Made by a program: the position numbers and the translations under genes. A stretch of DNA of 43,582 nt from Thermoplasmatota archaeon (GTDB lineage: Archaea > Thermoplasmatota > E2 > JACPAO01 > JAHFTW01): positions 1 through 43,582 of the forward strand of contig JBMZMP010000002.1 in the NCBI GenBank assembly GCA_049619235.1, given 5' to 3'. How positions within the stretch are numbered: position 1 is the stretch's first letter; each line of letters opens with the position of its first letter. Below are positions 1 to 9,323 of the stretch, one piece after another. Below the pieces are notes generated by a model. The model was not told the origin of the DNA and did not search any database. It saw only the letters and a program-made list of their open reading frames with translations.

Positions 1-836
1 ATTTGTGTCGCATTTGGCACCGGGCCGTCGTATGCGTGTCGAGCGAGGTTCCATTGAAGGCCCACCAGCTGAAAGTCGGCCATGGCACTCAGACCGAGTT
101 CCTGTGCAAAGTCATACAAGAAAACATCGCGGGTCCATGAATCTGGGCTCCGACCTTTCGCAGCCCCCAATGCAACGGCGGCGGCAACCACGTCTTCCCT
201 CCCGTGCACCGGAACCCCGATGCAGCCACTGCCCCAAGGGTATGTGTTTAGCGTCAGCCAAATTTCTTGATTCACATCTTCGTTCCAGTTGATGGCATTC
301 TGGAAGCTTCGATGCAAGTTCCAACCCAAGGATTCGGGGGGCAGCGAAATTTGCGCGCTCCACGATAGGCTCGCCAGACGGATTGCGAGGCCGAGCGCAA
401 ACTCCATTTCCTGTGCGCTACCAAAACTGGTAGGGAATGCGGCGGATGCGCCGGCAATCGATTCGTTCAGTGTGCGCCAATGGGCGCGGAAGTCGCTCAT
501 GACGGTGCCACGCTCTTTTGCCCCTTCCATCATTGCGTCCGTGTCCGTGCGCCCCTGGCATCCATCTCGGGCAAACGACAAGGCGGCCAGATATGGCAGG
601 TTTGCATCTAGGAGTTGCAAGTGGTCTTGCTGCAATTTCCAGCAACCGACTTCATCCGCCTCAATGCGGCTTTGCATCCAATCCACAAGTGGTTGGGCAC
701 TCATGTTGGTGGGCTCCGCCATCATTTGTTGGTGCAAACTTGCTTGCGCAGATTCCAAGTCAAATGGCACAACGGGCTCTTCGGCAACACATCCCGCGAT
801 CCCGGTGAACAACAATGCAACGAGAACGGCCCGCAT
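1..836 (-). CDS. Lipoprotein of unknown function, partial (runs off the window start). It is absent from the supplied ORF track because no stop codon is reached.
   Basis: Manual reverse-complement translation from ATG (836..834) stays open for 278 codons to the window edge. The N-terminus MRAVLVALLFTGIAGC is a signal peptide ending in a lipobox Cys. The competing + strand ORF 289..873 has no recognisable features. Confidence 0.55.
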   Translation of the reverse strand, partial: MRAVLVALLFTGIAGCVAEEPVVPFDLESAQASLHQQMMAEPTNMSAQPLVDWMQSRIEADEVGCWKLQQDHLQLLDANLPYLAALSFARDGCQGRTDTDAMMEGAKERGTVMSDFRAHWRTLNESIAGASAAFPTSFGSAQEMEFALGLAIRLASLSWSAQISLPPESLGWNLHRSFQNAINWNEDVNQEIWLTLNTYPWGSGCIGVPVHGREDVVAAAVALGAAKGRSPDSWTRDVFLYDFAQELGLSAMADFQLVGLQWNLARHAYDGPVPNATQ

Positions 837-869
837 TGGGAATCCAGTTGTCAATGTGCTTGTAAGCGT

Positions 870-1877
870 TTAGATGTCGCTTGGGTCGTTCGTTTCCACG
901 ACGGTGACGCCGCTGCTGGCTGCGAGTTGCCGGACGCGGTGCATGGCGGGGGTTCCGGGTGCGACCACGAGGAGGCGCGCGGAGCGTACGTTGTCGTCCG
1001 TGGCGTCCACGCCGCCGAATGGGGCGGGGTCTTGCCCGTGTACGGCGATGGGGCCGGTTCGCTTGATGGTGCCGAATTGGCCGCTTTGGTAGTCCCGGAC
1101 CGCTTGTACGATTTCCTCGTGGGTGTTCATGACAAAGGGGCCGTACCGGGCGATGGGTTCGCGGATGGGTTTGCCGCTAAGAACGAGCGCATCCAGGTTG
1201 CCGGAGATGGCGATGGTGCCGGCGGGGAGCAGGATGATTTGTCCCGCTTTGATGGATTCACCGTCGATGGTTCCGTTGCCGCTGAGCACGTAGGCGAACC
1301 GGGTGCCCACGTCGGGGATGTCCACGGTGGCTTTGCCGTCTTGGAGGTGTACGTGCAGGTATTGGATGGGGATCTCGGTTTTGGTGTGCGCGGCAACGTC
1401 GCCTTGGGAGCCGCTGATGATTTTGATCCAGCCGCCGGGGACGTCGATGCGGGGCAGTTCTTCTTTGAGGTCTTGGTAGCGCGGCGCCATCATTTTCTTC
1501 TCGGCTGGGAGGTTGATCCAGAGTTGCACGCCGTGCACGGTTCCACCTGTTTCTTGGAACCGGGGCGTTGGCATTTCGCTGTGAATGACGCCGCTGCCTG
1601 CGGTCATCCATTGCAGGTGGCCTGGGCCGAGGACGGAGGCGTTGCCTTGGCTGTCTTCGTGCACCATTTCCCCTTCGAGGACGTATGTGACGGTTTCGAA
1701 GCCTCGGTGTGGGTGGTCTGGCGCTCCGACGGCTTCCCCTGGGGCGTACTGGATGGGGCCCATTTGGTCGAAGAGGAGGAACGGGTCCATGTCGGGGAGC
1801 GCCGCGCTTGGGAAGGGTCGGGTGACTTGGAAGCCGCCACCTTCCAGTTGTGAGTGGGCGGTGAAGATTCGTTGCAT
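870..1877 (-). CDS. Pirin family protein (bicupin)
   Basis: HPHRGFETVTYVLEGEMVHEDS cupin metal motif and overall pirin-like sequence. Start placed at the internal ATG (MQRIFTAHS), not at the upstream 1976 start of the longest ORF. Confidence 0.9.
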   Translation of the reverse strand: MQRIFTAHSQLEGGGFQVTRPFPSAALPDMDPFLLFDQMGPIQYAPGEAVGAPDHPHRGFETVTYVLEGEMVHEDSQGNASVLGPGHLQWMTAGSGVIHSEMPTPRFQETGGTVHGVQLWINLPAEKKMMAPRYQDLKEELPRIDVPGGWIKIISGSQGDVAAHTKTEIPIQYLHVHLQDGKATVDIPDVGTRFAYVLSGNGTIDGESIKAGQIILLPAGTIAISGNLDALVLSGKPIREPIARYGPFVMNTHEEIVQAVRDYQSGQFGTIKRTGPIAVHGQDPAPFGGVDATDDNVRSARLLVVAPGTPAMHRVRQLAASSGVTVVETNDPSDI

Positions 1878-1920
1878 ACCTAATGATACAGTTTCTTGAC
1901 TCTTAAGGGGGAGGTAAGAA

Positions 1921-1948
1921 TTGGTAAAGTTAGTTAAGTTGGTTAAAG
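1921..1948. repeat. Three tandem 9-10 bp units, TTGGTAAAG / TTAGTTAAG / TTGGTTAAAG, in the divergent pirin/VOC intergenic region
   Basis: Read directly from the sequence. A/T-rich island in a GC-rich context. A TTTCTTAT box at 1954..1961 lies about 27 nt upstream of ATG 1985. Confidence 0.5.
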
Positions 1949-1984
1949 CGAGCTTTCTTATGCCGCCGCGAAGCAATCAGAACC

Positions 1985-2422
1985 ATGGAAATCAAAGAAC
2001 TTGGACACGCCGTGCTGTACGTGCGCGACCTCGAACGAAGCCGGAAATTTTACGGCGAACTGCTTGGCTGGCGAGCACTTGGGCATGGCCCAGGCTACGC
2101 CGCCTTTGGAACGCCGCGCACCCACCACGAACTGCTTCTCCTGGAGCAGCCCAAAGCCACACCCCTCCCGCCGCGACCCCGCATCGGCTTGTACCACCTC
2201 GGGCTGAAAGTTGGCGACTCCGACGACGATCTCCGAGCCGCAAAAGCCGAGCTGGAGGCAGCAGACGTGCACATCATTGGCATGAGCGACCACGGCGTGA
2301 CCCACAGCTTGTACCTGGCCGACCCAGACGGCAATGAGTTGGAGTTGTACGTGGACGTGGATGATTCTTGGAAAACCGACCCGTCTGCGGTGCTTGGCGA
2401 AATCAAGCCACTTCGGTTGTGA
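1985..2422 (+). CDS. VOC family protein (glyoxalase / bleomycin resistance / extradiol dioxygenase fold)
   Basis: N-terminus ELGHAVLYVRDLERSRKFYGELLGW is typical of VOC domains. 145 aa. Confidence 0.85.
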   Translation: MEIKELGHAVLYVRDLERSRKFYGELLGWRALGHGPGYAAFGTPRTHHELLLLEQPKATPLPPRPRIGLYHLGLKVGDSDDDLRAAKAELEAADVHIIGMSDHGVTHSLYLADPDGNELELYVDVDDSWKTDPSAVLGEIKPLRL

Positions 2423-2476
2423 ATCCAACCCCACAATAATTCATAACATTGCAAGCAAGTTTATGAATGGGTTTTC

Positions 2477-3283
2477 GTGGAGCCAACCGTGAGCCCCACC
2501 ACTTGGACACTCGCCTCCGTCCTTGCCATCAGCGCCATCAGCCTCGTCGGCCTGCTCGGTGTTGCGCGAGCCAACCACAAAATCATGATGGGGCTCGTGG
2601 CCCTCGCAGCAGGAACCCTCCTAGGCGACAGTTTCCTGCACATCCTCCCCGAAGCCACAGCAGATGGGTTCACCACGCGCATCGGACTGCTCGTTCTCGG
2701 CGGGTTCCTCTTGTTTTTCATCCTTGAATCCGTACTCCGGCACAAACACAGCCATGTGGAAGCCGTGGACCAAGAACACTGCCATGACCACCAACCCACA
2801 GCCCCCTTTGGCATCCTCAACCTCGCAGGCGACGCACTCCACAACCTCCTCGACGGCGCCATCATCGCAGCCGCATTCCTCGTGGACACAAGCGCAGGCA
2901 TTGCAACCGCCATCGCTGTGGCAGCCCACGAAATTCCGCAAGAACTGGGCGACTTCGCCGTCCTCGTCCGCAGCGGTATGAGCAAGAAACGCGCAGCCCT
3001 CCTGAATCTCGGAACCGCTCTTTTTGCCCTCGTTGGCGCCCTCGCCATCCTGTGGCTCCCCATCGATGCCCACACCATCGAATCCACGGTGCTGCCACTC
3101 GTCGCAGGCGCGTTCATCTACATCGCAGCCGCCGACCTCGTGCCCGAGCTCCACCACCACGGCAAGGGCCGCGACGCAGCATTCCTCTTTGTCATGGTCG
3201 CAATCGGCATCGGGCTCATGGCGCTGCTCCTCGGACTCGAAAACGTGCTCCCCGGCCTCGAAGAGCACGGACACGAACACTAA
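2477..3283 (+). CDS. ZIP family divalent metal transporter
   Basis: HEIPQELGDFAVL signature, a His-rich loop (HKHSHVEAVDQEHCHDH) and multiple TM segments. GTG start. Confidence 0.9.
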   Translation: MEPTVSPTTWTLASVLAISAISLVGLLGVARANHKIMMGLVALAAGTLLGDSFLHILPEATADGFTTRIGLLVLGGFLLFFILESVLRHKHSHVEAVDQEHCHDHQPTAPFGILNLAGDALHNLLDGAIIAAAFLVDTSAGIATAIAVAAHEIPQELGDFAVLVRSGMSKKRAALLNLGTALFALVGALAILWLPIDAHTIESTVLPLVAGAFIYIAAADLVPELHHHGKGRDAAFLFVMVAIGIGLMALLLGLENVLPGLEEHGHEH

Positions 3284-3307
3284 AGCCCGCCTCGGAGATG
3301 ACGCTGC

Positions 3308-3955
3308 ATGCACCTTGTCTCCTTCAAGACCTGCCCCTACGTCCAGCGCAGCGTCATCACCCTAAAGCGCAAAAACGCCCCCTACACGATTGACTACATC
3401 GACCTCGGAAACCCGCCGGCTTGGTTCCAGGAAAAGTCCCCCCTCGGCAAAGTGCCCATCGTGGAACTGGAAGACGGAACCGTCCTCTTCGAGTCCGCCG
3501 TCATCAATGAGTACGTGGACGAAGTCACCGAAGGCCAACTCATGCCCGAGGACCCAGTACAACGTGCCCATACCCGGGCATGGATTCAATTCGGTTCCGA
3601 GTGCCTGATGGACTACTTCCACAGCGCAACCGCCCCCGACAAGGAAGGCCACGAAAGCCACATGGCCGCGCTCACCGACAAACTCGCCCGGCTCGAAGCC
3701 CAAACCGTTGGACCGTTCTTCCTCGGCAAGGAATTCAGCCTCGCCGACGCCGCCATCGCACCCCTATTGATGCGCCTCGAACAATGGGATGAAAAAACCA
3801 GCTTTGACTTCGCCGCGTTCCCCAAACTGCAAGCTTGGCACGACGCCCTCGTGGTGCTCCCCGAAGTCAGCGAAAGCATGGTGCCCGAATGGCGGCAATT
3901 GAACTGGGACTACATTGAGGGGACGAAGAGCTACGCCGCTACCGCGTCAGCTTGA
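3308..3955 (+). CDS. Glutathione S-transferase family protein
   Basis: Thioredoxin-like N-domain (CPYVQR ... GKVPIVE ... ESAVINEYVDE) followed by a helical C-domain. Confidence 0.8.
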   Translation: MHLVSFKTCPYVQRSVITLKRKNAPYTIDYIDLGNPPAWFQEKSPLGKVPIVELEDGTVLFESAVINEYVDEVTEGQLMPEDPVQRAHTRAWIQFGSECLMDYFHSATAPDKEGHESHMAALTDKLARLEAQTVGPFFLGKEFSLADAAIAPLLMRLEQWDEKTSFDFAAFPKLQAWHDALVVLPEVSESMVPEWRQLNWDYIEGTKSYAATASA

Positions 3956-4685
3956 AGACCCGCACATTCCCGTCCGCCGCCGCATTGGCAAGCAACCCGC
4001 CGGCGATGCAGCAACCATAGACGCCTTTCAATCCCACGTCAAACGAGTCGGCGCCGTAGTGGATGGAGCCATCGGAAACAAAGCATGGCGTGCCGTTGTG
4101 GTATTGCAAGAAGGCGCCCGGCGCAGGCTCTTCCCGTAGCAAGTTCCAAGCCGAGTCATAGACCCGCATGGACCCTTCGTGTTGCGCGGCGAACCACCCC
4201 TCCGGGTGCTGGCCCAGTTGCGTGACCCATTCCGCATCCCAGAGCAATGCGCCGTCCCGCCACAGACCAGACTTGGTTGCCAGCACGGGGCCATCGTCCC
4301 AGAGGAGGTCGCAAATTTTGTCCGTCTTTGGGTACGCTTCCAATTCTTGGCCTTCAAGATCCGTTCGGATGAGGCGGCCGTTTGGCTTCACAACCAACAA
4401 ACCCCCCTGAACGACGCGAACGTTGTCCCCTGCAATTTGCCACAACTCCTCGCCAGCCCAGGTCCAGCGGCGAACCGTGTGGTCGCTGCTGCACGTGACA
4501 AAGCCGCCCTCGACGGGTTCGATGCGGTTGACGCTCGCACCATGTTCTGCGAACCGCCTTGATTCCTGCAAATCCACCCATTCCACCACTTGCTTGCCCT
4601 GGCCACCAGTGTAGAGCTTGCCGTTGTGCCAGCAAAGCGCCGCCGTGTGTCGAGGGTCCGCATCAAGGGTCGCGACGAGTTCCAT
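3939..4685 (-). CDS. WD40-like beta-propeller repeat protein
   Basis: Repeats such as SSDHTVRRWTW and AADGNVRVFKL. The start ATG overlaps the upstream stop as TGATG (4683..4687), implying translational coupling with the FMN reductase gene. Confidence 0.6.
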   Translation of the reverse strand: MELVATLDADPRHTAALCWHNGKLYTGGQGKQVVEWVDLQESRRFAEHGASVNRIEPVEGGFVTCSSDHTVRRWTWAGEELWQIAGDNVRVVQGGLLVVKPNGRLIRTDLEGQELEAYPKTDKICDLLWDDGPVLATKSGLWRDGALLWDAEWVTQLGQHPEGWFAAQHEGSMRVYDSAWNLLREEPAPGAFLQYHNGTPCFVSDGSIHYGADSFDVGLKGVYGCCIAGGLLANAAADGNVRVFKLTR

Positions 4686-5248
4686 CAGTATGGATTCCCG
4701 TCCTTTTCGCGCTTGGCTTTGAGCGCGTCCGTGTACCATTCCAGTTCTGTCAAGAACCGTTCACTGCGGCGCACCCAATCGTCCCCGATGTCCTCGGATT
4801 CGAACTTGTACACGCCGCTGACGGCGAACATGATGCTTGGTGTCACCATGCCGAGTTCCCCGAGAATCACGCGGTAGTGGGGCGCGGCGCGCACGCCACC
4901 GAAGGGACCGGCACTGTATGTGACAATCCCAGCCGGTTTGCCAGCGTATTCTGATTGGAAATGATCGAGGAGGTTCTTCAGCGCTGCTGGGATGCTGTGG
5001 TTCCATTCGCCGCCGACAACGACCAATCCGTCGGCTGCATCGAGGACGTCGTGGGCGCGCTGCATGCCCGCCGGTGCGTCGCCATCGTATTCCTTGTACA
5101 TTTTGTCAAGAAACGGCAACGCCAACTCCTTCGCGTCCAACAAGGTCACGTCGTGGCCGCGGGCTTCCAGTTGATTCACCATGAATTGGGCCACGTGGAT
5201 GCCTTTTCGAGCCGAGCGGGTGCTTCCGTACAGTACGGCGTAGTTCAT
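4685..5248 (-). CDS. NADPH-dependent FMN reductase family oxidoreductase
   Basis: Flavodoxin-like N-terminus MNYAVLYGSTRSARKG and a family-typical core (VVVGGEWNHSIPAALKN). Confidence 0.85.
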   Translation of the reverse strand: MNYAVLYGSTRSARKGIHVAQFMVNQLEARGHDVTLLDAKELALPFLDKMYKEYDGDAPAGMQRAHDVLDAADGLVVVGGEWNHSIPAALKNLLDHFQSEYAGKPAGIVTYSAGPFGGVRAAPHYRVILGELGMVTPSIMFAVSGVYKFESEDIGDDWVRRSERFLTELEWYTDALKAKREKDGNPY

Positions 5249-5299
5249 ACGAAAAAAATGGGGCAGTGGGGGAAAGAGGTTGGGGCTCGTGCCGGAGCC

Positions 5300-5752
5300 C
5301 TATGTGACGACAAGCATGCCTTCCATTCCGTCGCCCCTGTGGTTGCCCACGGTGCAGTAGAACACGTACTCGCCCGGTTCCAGGTCCACGGTGAACGTGA
5401 TGGTGTCCGTTTCGCCGGAGCCGATCACGGCCGTTCCCACATCCAGCACTTCGAGGTACCAGTCATGGTTCACAATGGGCAACACGTCGTCGTTGGAGAA
5501 CGTGAGCGTCACCACATCCCCTTGATTCACGGCAAGCGTCGCCTTGTCGAAAGCGTGGGTGTCCGTTGGAAGCGCCCGGACCGCCGCGATGGACAGCGCA
5601 ACCTCCGCCCCGCCAGTGTCCGGTTCCATCGTGTCGTTGCCCACGGGGTCCGTGGAATCCGTGGAACTCGAAGAACTGCTGCCAGAGCCATCCGGGTCGT
5701 CCGTGCAGCCAGCCAACAACGCAGTCACCAAAAGGATCCAGAACCATTTCAT
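5300..5752 (-). CDS. Cupredoxin (halocyanin/plastocyanin-like blue copper) lipoprotein
   Basis: Start at MKWFWILLVTALLAGC (lipobox), a Ser/Asp-rich linker, and type-1 Cu ligand pattern NHDW ... YCTVGNHRGDGM. Confidence 0.8.
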   Translation of the reverse strand: MKWFWILLVTALLAGCTDDPDGSGSSSSSSTDSTDPVGNDTMEPDTGGAEVALSIAAVRALPTDTHAFDKATLAVNQGDVVTLTFSNDDVLPIVNHDWYLEVLDVGTAVIGSGETDTITFTVDLEPGEYVFYCTVGNHRGDGMEGMLVVT

Positions 5753-5847
5753 GCCCATGCAGAACCGTGGTGCATGAAAGCTGTTCTCGAACCGGCACAA
5801 ACCCAACCGCGCGTTGCGAGCCTTGCACCTGCAAGGGACAACTTTGC

Positions 5848-5856
5848 TTTTTATAT
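5848..5856 (+). promoter_or_regulatory. TATA-box-like element (TTTTTATAT) for the sdh operon
   Basis: Lies about 44 nt upstream of the sdhC GTG (5896). GGAGGG at 5885..5890 is a Shine-Dalgarno-like site 5 nt before the GTG. Confidence 0.45.
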
Positions 5857-5895
5857 GCAGGCTTAGTGCGAGAATCAGCTCCCCGGAGGGTTCCT

Positions 5896-6273
5896 GTGTA
5901 CCAACTAAAGGAAGGACAACTCGCATACATTTTCCACCGCGTCTCTGGCGTCGCCATCGTGGTGTTCTTGTTCACGCACATCGTAGAGAATTTCTTCTTA
6001 CTGATGGGCGCCGAAGCATACAACGAAGCCATCAGCATCTACAACACCTGGTACTTCCGAATCGGCGAATTCGGCCTCATCGCCGCCGTCGTCTACCACG
6101 CCCTCAACGGCACCCGCATCGTCATCATTGACTTCTGGCAACAATCCACCAAGTACCAGAAACAAATGTGGTACGTCGTCATGGCCCTCACCATCCTGGC
6201 CCTCGTTTGGGTCGCCAAGCCCCTCCTCATTGACTACCAAGGCTGGCCCTGGCTCGACGGAGGTCACGAATGA
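5896..6273 (+). CDS. sdhC: Succinate dehydrogenase cytochrome b / membrane anchor subunit C
   Basis: Three TM segments with conserved His (HRVSG, YHALNG). Position upstream of sdhDAB. GTG start chosen after the SD-like GGAGGG. The longer ORF from 5566 overlaps the cupredoxin gene. Confidence 0.8.
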   Translation: MYQLKEGQLAYIFHRVSGVAIVVFLFTHIVENFFLLMGAEAYNEAISIYNTWYFRIGEFGLIAAVVYHALNGTRIVIIDFWQQSTKYQKQMWYVVMALTILALVWVAKPLLIDYQGWPWLDGGHE

Positions 6274-6656
6274 GCAAGAGCTACATCAACAGCAGCGCCA
6301 AACCCGTTGGCAGCCGCAGTGAAGTGTTCAGCTGGTACTACATGCGCATCAGCGGCCTGCTGCTCGTCAGCCTCGCCCTGTTCCACTTGTGGCTCAACCA
6401 CATCAAGCACGACGTGCACGACCTCAACTACGACCTCGTCATCACCCGCTTCGAAGCCTGGCCCATCCTCGTGGTGGCCGACTTCTTCCTGCTCACGCTC
6501 GGCCTGAGCCACGGTGTCAACGGCATCAAAGGCATCATCGATGACCACGTACACGACCGCAACAAGCGCCTCGCATACATCACGGCCCTCTGGACCGTGT
6601 TTGCCATCTTCTGGGTGGCTGGAACCGCCGTCCTCTTCACGATTCAGGTGAACTAA
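6270..6656 (+). CDS. sdhD: Succinate dehydrogenase membrane anchor subunit D
   Basis: Small hydrophobic protein. ATGA overlap with sdhC. Operon position. Confidence 0.8.
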   Translation: MSKSYINSSAKPVGSRSEVFSWYYMRISGLLLVSLALFHLWLNHIKHDVHDLNYDLVITRFEAWPILVVADFFLLTLGLSHGVNGIKGIIDDHVHDRNKRLAYITALWTVFAIFWVAGTAVLFTIQVN

Positions 6657-6657
6657 C

Positions 6658-8424
6658 ATGGAATACCACAAGTTCGACGCAGTGATCGTTGGTTCCGGAG
6701 GCGCAGGCCTCATGGCAGCCCTCGAACTCGCCAAAGAAAAGAGCCTCAACGTAGCAGTTCTCAGCAAACTCTACCCCGTCCGCAGCCACACCGGCGCCGC
6801 CCAAGGAGGCATCAGTGCATCCCTTGGCAACGTCAACGCGGACGACTGGGAAAACCACACCTTCGACACCGTCAAGGGCAGTGACTACCTCGGCGACCAA
6901 GACGCCATCGAAGTGATGTGCCGGGACGCCCCAGAGGCCATCATCAACCTCGAACACTTGGGCCTGCCCTTCGACCGCTTGCCAAACGGCAAAATCAGCC
7001 AACGCAAGTTCGGCGGACACACCGCCCGCGGTCCCAACGACCCCTACAAAGAACGCCCATCCGTGGAACGCGCCTGCCATGCAGCAGACCGCACCGGCCA
7101 CGCCATCCTGCACACGCTGTACCAGCAATGCATCAAGGAAGGCGTCCAATTCTTCAACGAATACCAAGTGATGGACCTCATCGACGCCGAAGGCGACGCC
7201 CCCGGCATTGCAGGCTGCGTTGCCTACAAGATTGAAGACGGCTCCATGCACGTCTTCCACGCCAAGGCCGTCATGTTCGCCACCGGCGGATACGGCCGCG
7301 CCTGGAAAGTCACCAGCAACGCCCACGCCCTCACCGGCGACGGCGTCGGCATCGCCATGCGCCACGGCGTCCCCATTGAAGACCCCGAATTCCTGCAATT
7401 CCACCCCACCGGCCTCTGGCGCATCGGCGTCCTGGTCAGTGAAGCGGTTCGCGGCGAAGGCGGCATCCTCCGCAACAAGGACGGCGAAGCCTTCATGGAA
7501 CGCTACGCCCCCACGGTGAAGGACCTGGCTTCCCGCGACGTGGTCAGCCGCGCCATCTACACGGAAATCCGTGAAGGCAAAGGCATCGGCCCCGCCGGCG
7601 ACCAATACGTCCACTTGGACATCACCCACTTGGACCCTGACATGATCGACGCCAAGCTGCCCGAAGTGACCGGCTTCGCCCGCACCTACCTCGGCGTGGA
7701 ACCCAAAACCGAACCCATTCCTGTCGCCCCAACGGCCCACTACGCCATGGGTGGCATCCCAACTGACGTGGACGGCCAAGTGGTCTTCGACGCCAACAAC
7801 ACGCCAATGACTGGTTTCTTCGCCGCAGGCGAATGTGCCTGTGTCAGCGTCCACGGCGCCAACCGCCTCGGCACCAACAGCCTGCTCGACTTGGTTGTGT
7901 TTGGCCGCCGCGGCGGCAAGAAGATGGCACAATTCTGCAAGGAAGCCGACTTCCTGCCCATGAAGGACGCCCCCGCTGCAAACGTGGAAGCCACGTTGCA
8001 AGCGCTCCTCAACGGTAGCGGCAAAGAATCCGTCAGCAAGCTCCGTGCAGAAATGCAGGAGAAAATGATGGACTTGTGCGGCGTGTACCGTACCTTCGAA
8101 TCCTTGACGGAGTGCAAAGCGGCCATTGCAGACCTGCGCAAGCGCTATGCTGACGTCAAAGTCACCGACCAAGGCAAATTGTTCAACACGGAACTCCTCG
8201 AAGCACTCGAACTCGGCTACTTGCTTGACATCAGCGCCGCCTGCGTCGATGCAGCACTGGCCCGTGAAGAGAGCCGTGGCGGCCACGCCCGCGACGACTT
8301 CCCTGCTCGCGACGACGAAAAGTTCCTGCAACACACCCTTGCAAGCCTCGACGGCGACGGCATCAAACTGGACTACAAGCCAGTGGTCATTACGCGATAC
8401 CAACCCATGGAGCGTGTCTACTGA
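6658..8424 (+). CDS. sdhA: Succinate dehydrogenase flavoprotein subunit
   Basis: FAD fold [15 protein letters not shown], covalent-FAD His motif [10 protein letters not shown], and full-length similarity to SdhA/FrdA. Confidence 0.97.
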   Translation: MEYHKFDAVIVGSGGAGLMAALELAKEKSLNVAVLSKLYPVRSHTGAAQGGISASLGNVNADDWENHTFDTVKGSDYLGDQDAIEVMCRDAPEAIINLEHLGLPFDRLPNGKISQRKFGGHTARGPNDPYKERPSVERACHAADRTGHAILHTLYQQCIKEGVQFFNEYQVMDLIDAEGDAPGIAGCVAYKIEDGSMHVFHAKAVMFATGGYGRAWKVTSNAHALTGDGVGIAMRHGVPIEDPEFLQFHPTGLWRIGVLVSEAVRGEGGILRNKDGEAFMERYAPTVKDLASRDVVSRAIYTEIREGKGIGPAGDQYVHLDITHLDPDMIDAKLPEVTGFARTYLGVEPKTEPIPVAPTAHYAMGGIPTDVDGQVVFDANNTPMTGFFAAGECACVSVHGANRLGTNSLLDLVVFGRRGGKKMAQFCKEADFLPMKDAPAANVEATLQALLNGSGKESVSKLRAEMQEKMMDLCGVYRTFESLTECKAAIADLRKRYADVKVTDQGKLFNTELLEALELGYLLDISAACVDAALAREESRGGHARDDFPARDDEKFLQHTLASLDGDGIKLDYKPVVITRYQPMERVY

Positions 8425-9152
8425 TGGAAACAAAGACGGTCACTCTGAACATCGAACGCTACAATCCAGAAGCGGGCGATGAGAAGCCCCACAAGGAATC
8501 GTACACCCTCGACGGCGTCCTACCAACGGACCGCGTGCTGGATTTGCTCCTGCGCACCAAGTGGGAACAAGACGGTACCCTCAGTTTCCGCCGCAGCTGT
8601 GCCCACGGCATTTGCGGCAGCGACGCCATGATCATCAACGGCAAGAACCGCTTGGCTTGCAAAATCCTCGCCAAGGACCTGCCAGACGTCATCAACGTGG
8701 CCCCACTCAAGGGATTGCCCCGCAAGAAGGACTTGATCGTGGACATGGAGCCGTTCTTTGACTCCTACAAGTCCGTGATGCCGTACCAAATCCTGGAGCA
8801 CGAGCCGCACGGCAAGGAACGTCACCAAACCATTGAGGCGCAAGCACTCATCGACGACCAAGCCAAGTGCATCATGTGCGCCGCCTGCACCACGAGCTGC
8901 CCCAGCTTCTGGTACAACGACCAATTCGTTGGCCCCGCGGCCATCGTGCAAGCCAGCCGGTTCATCTTTGACGACCGCGACGAAGGCAACGAACAACGCC
9001 TGCGCCGCCTCAACGAGTACACTGGCGTGTGGCGCTGCCGCACCGTCTTCAACTGCGTGGAAGCGTGCCCACAAGGCATCGACATCACCAAGCACATTGG
9101 AAACGTGAAGAAGGCGCTCCTGCACGGCAGCACGGACTTTCTGAAGGCCTAA
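8424..9152 (+). CDS. sdhB: Succinate dehydrogenase iron-sulfur subunit
   Basis: Three Cys clusters (CAHGICGSD, CIMCAACTTSCP, CRTVFNCVEACP). Its ATG overlaps the sdhA TGA by 1 nt. Confidence 0.95.
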   Translation: METKTVTLNIERYNPEAGDEKPHKESYTLDGVLPTDRVLDLLLRTKWEQDGTLSFRRSCAHGICGSDAMIINGKNRLACKILAKDLPDVINVAPLKGLPRKKDLIVDMEPFFDSYKSVMPYQILEHEPHGKERHQTIEAQALIDDQAKCIMCAACTTSCPSFWYNDQFVGPAAIVQASRFIFDDRDEGNEQRLRRLNEYTGVWRCRTVFNCVEACPQGIDITKHIGNVKKALLHGSTDFLKA

Positions 9153-9195
9153 GCCCTGCGCGAAGCGCGTGGTGTGCTCCCCGAGCGCGGTCGAC

Positions 9196-9250
9196 GGCCT
9201 TCCTGAAGGCCTAGGCTTCCTTTTCCTTTCTTTTCCCCACCTTATTTTTT
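9196..9250 (+). terminator. Putative sdh operon terminator: hairpin followed by a pyrimidine/T-rich tract
   Basis: GGCCTT-CCTG-AAGGCC hairpin (9196..9211) followed by cttccttttcctttcttttccccaccttatttttt. Confidence 0.4.
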
Positions 9251-9323
9251 GATTCTCTCCTGTTGGCCCCCTGGTTGGCCGGCAACCAAGCCATTATAGC
9301 ACTTGAGAGACGACATTCCTGTT

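Noticed and set aside
615-1853. 412-aa ORF antisense to pirin, together with ORF 289..873 on the + strand
   Set aside because: Pirin homology is on the minus strand. The region 1..836 is better explained by the minus-strand lipoprotein ORF with a clear signal peptide and lipobox.
6637-8433. 598-aa ORF antisense to sdhA
   Set aside because: The sense strand encodes an unmistakable SdhA. The antisense product is low-complexity (A/G/V/H/D/E-rich) with no motifs. It is a typical stop-free shadow frame in GC-rich coding DNA.
9029-9214. 61-aa ORF reading across the sdhB 3' end and ending in the duplicated FLKA-stop
   Set aside because: It is out of frame with sdhB over most of its length. Its ending simply reflects the duplicated 22-nt segment.
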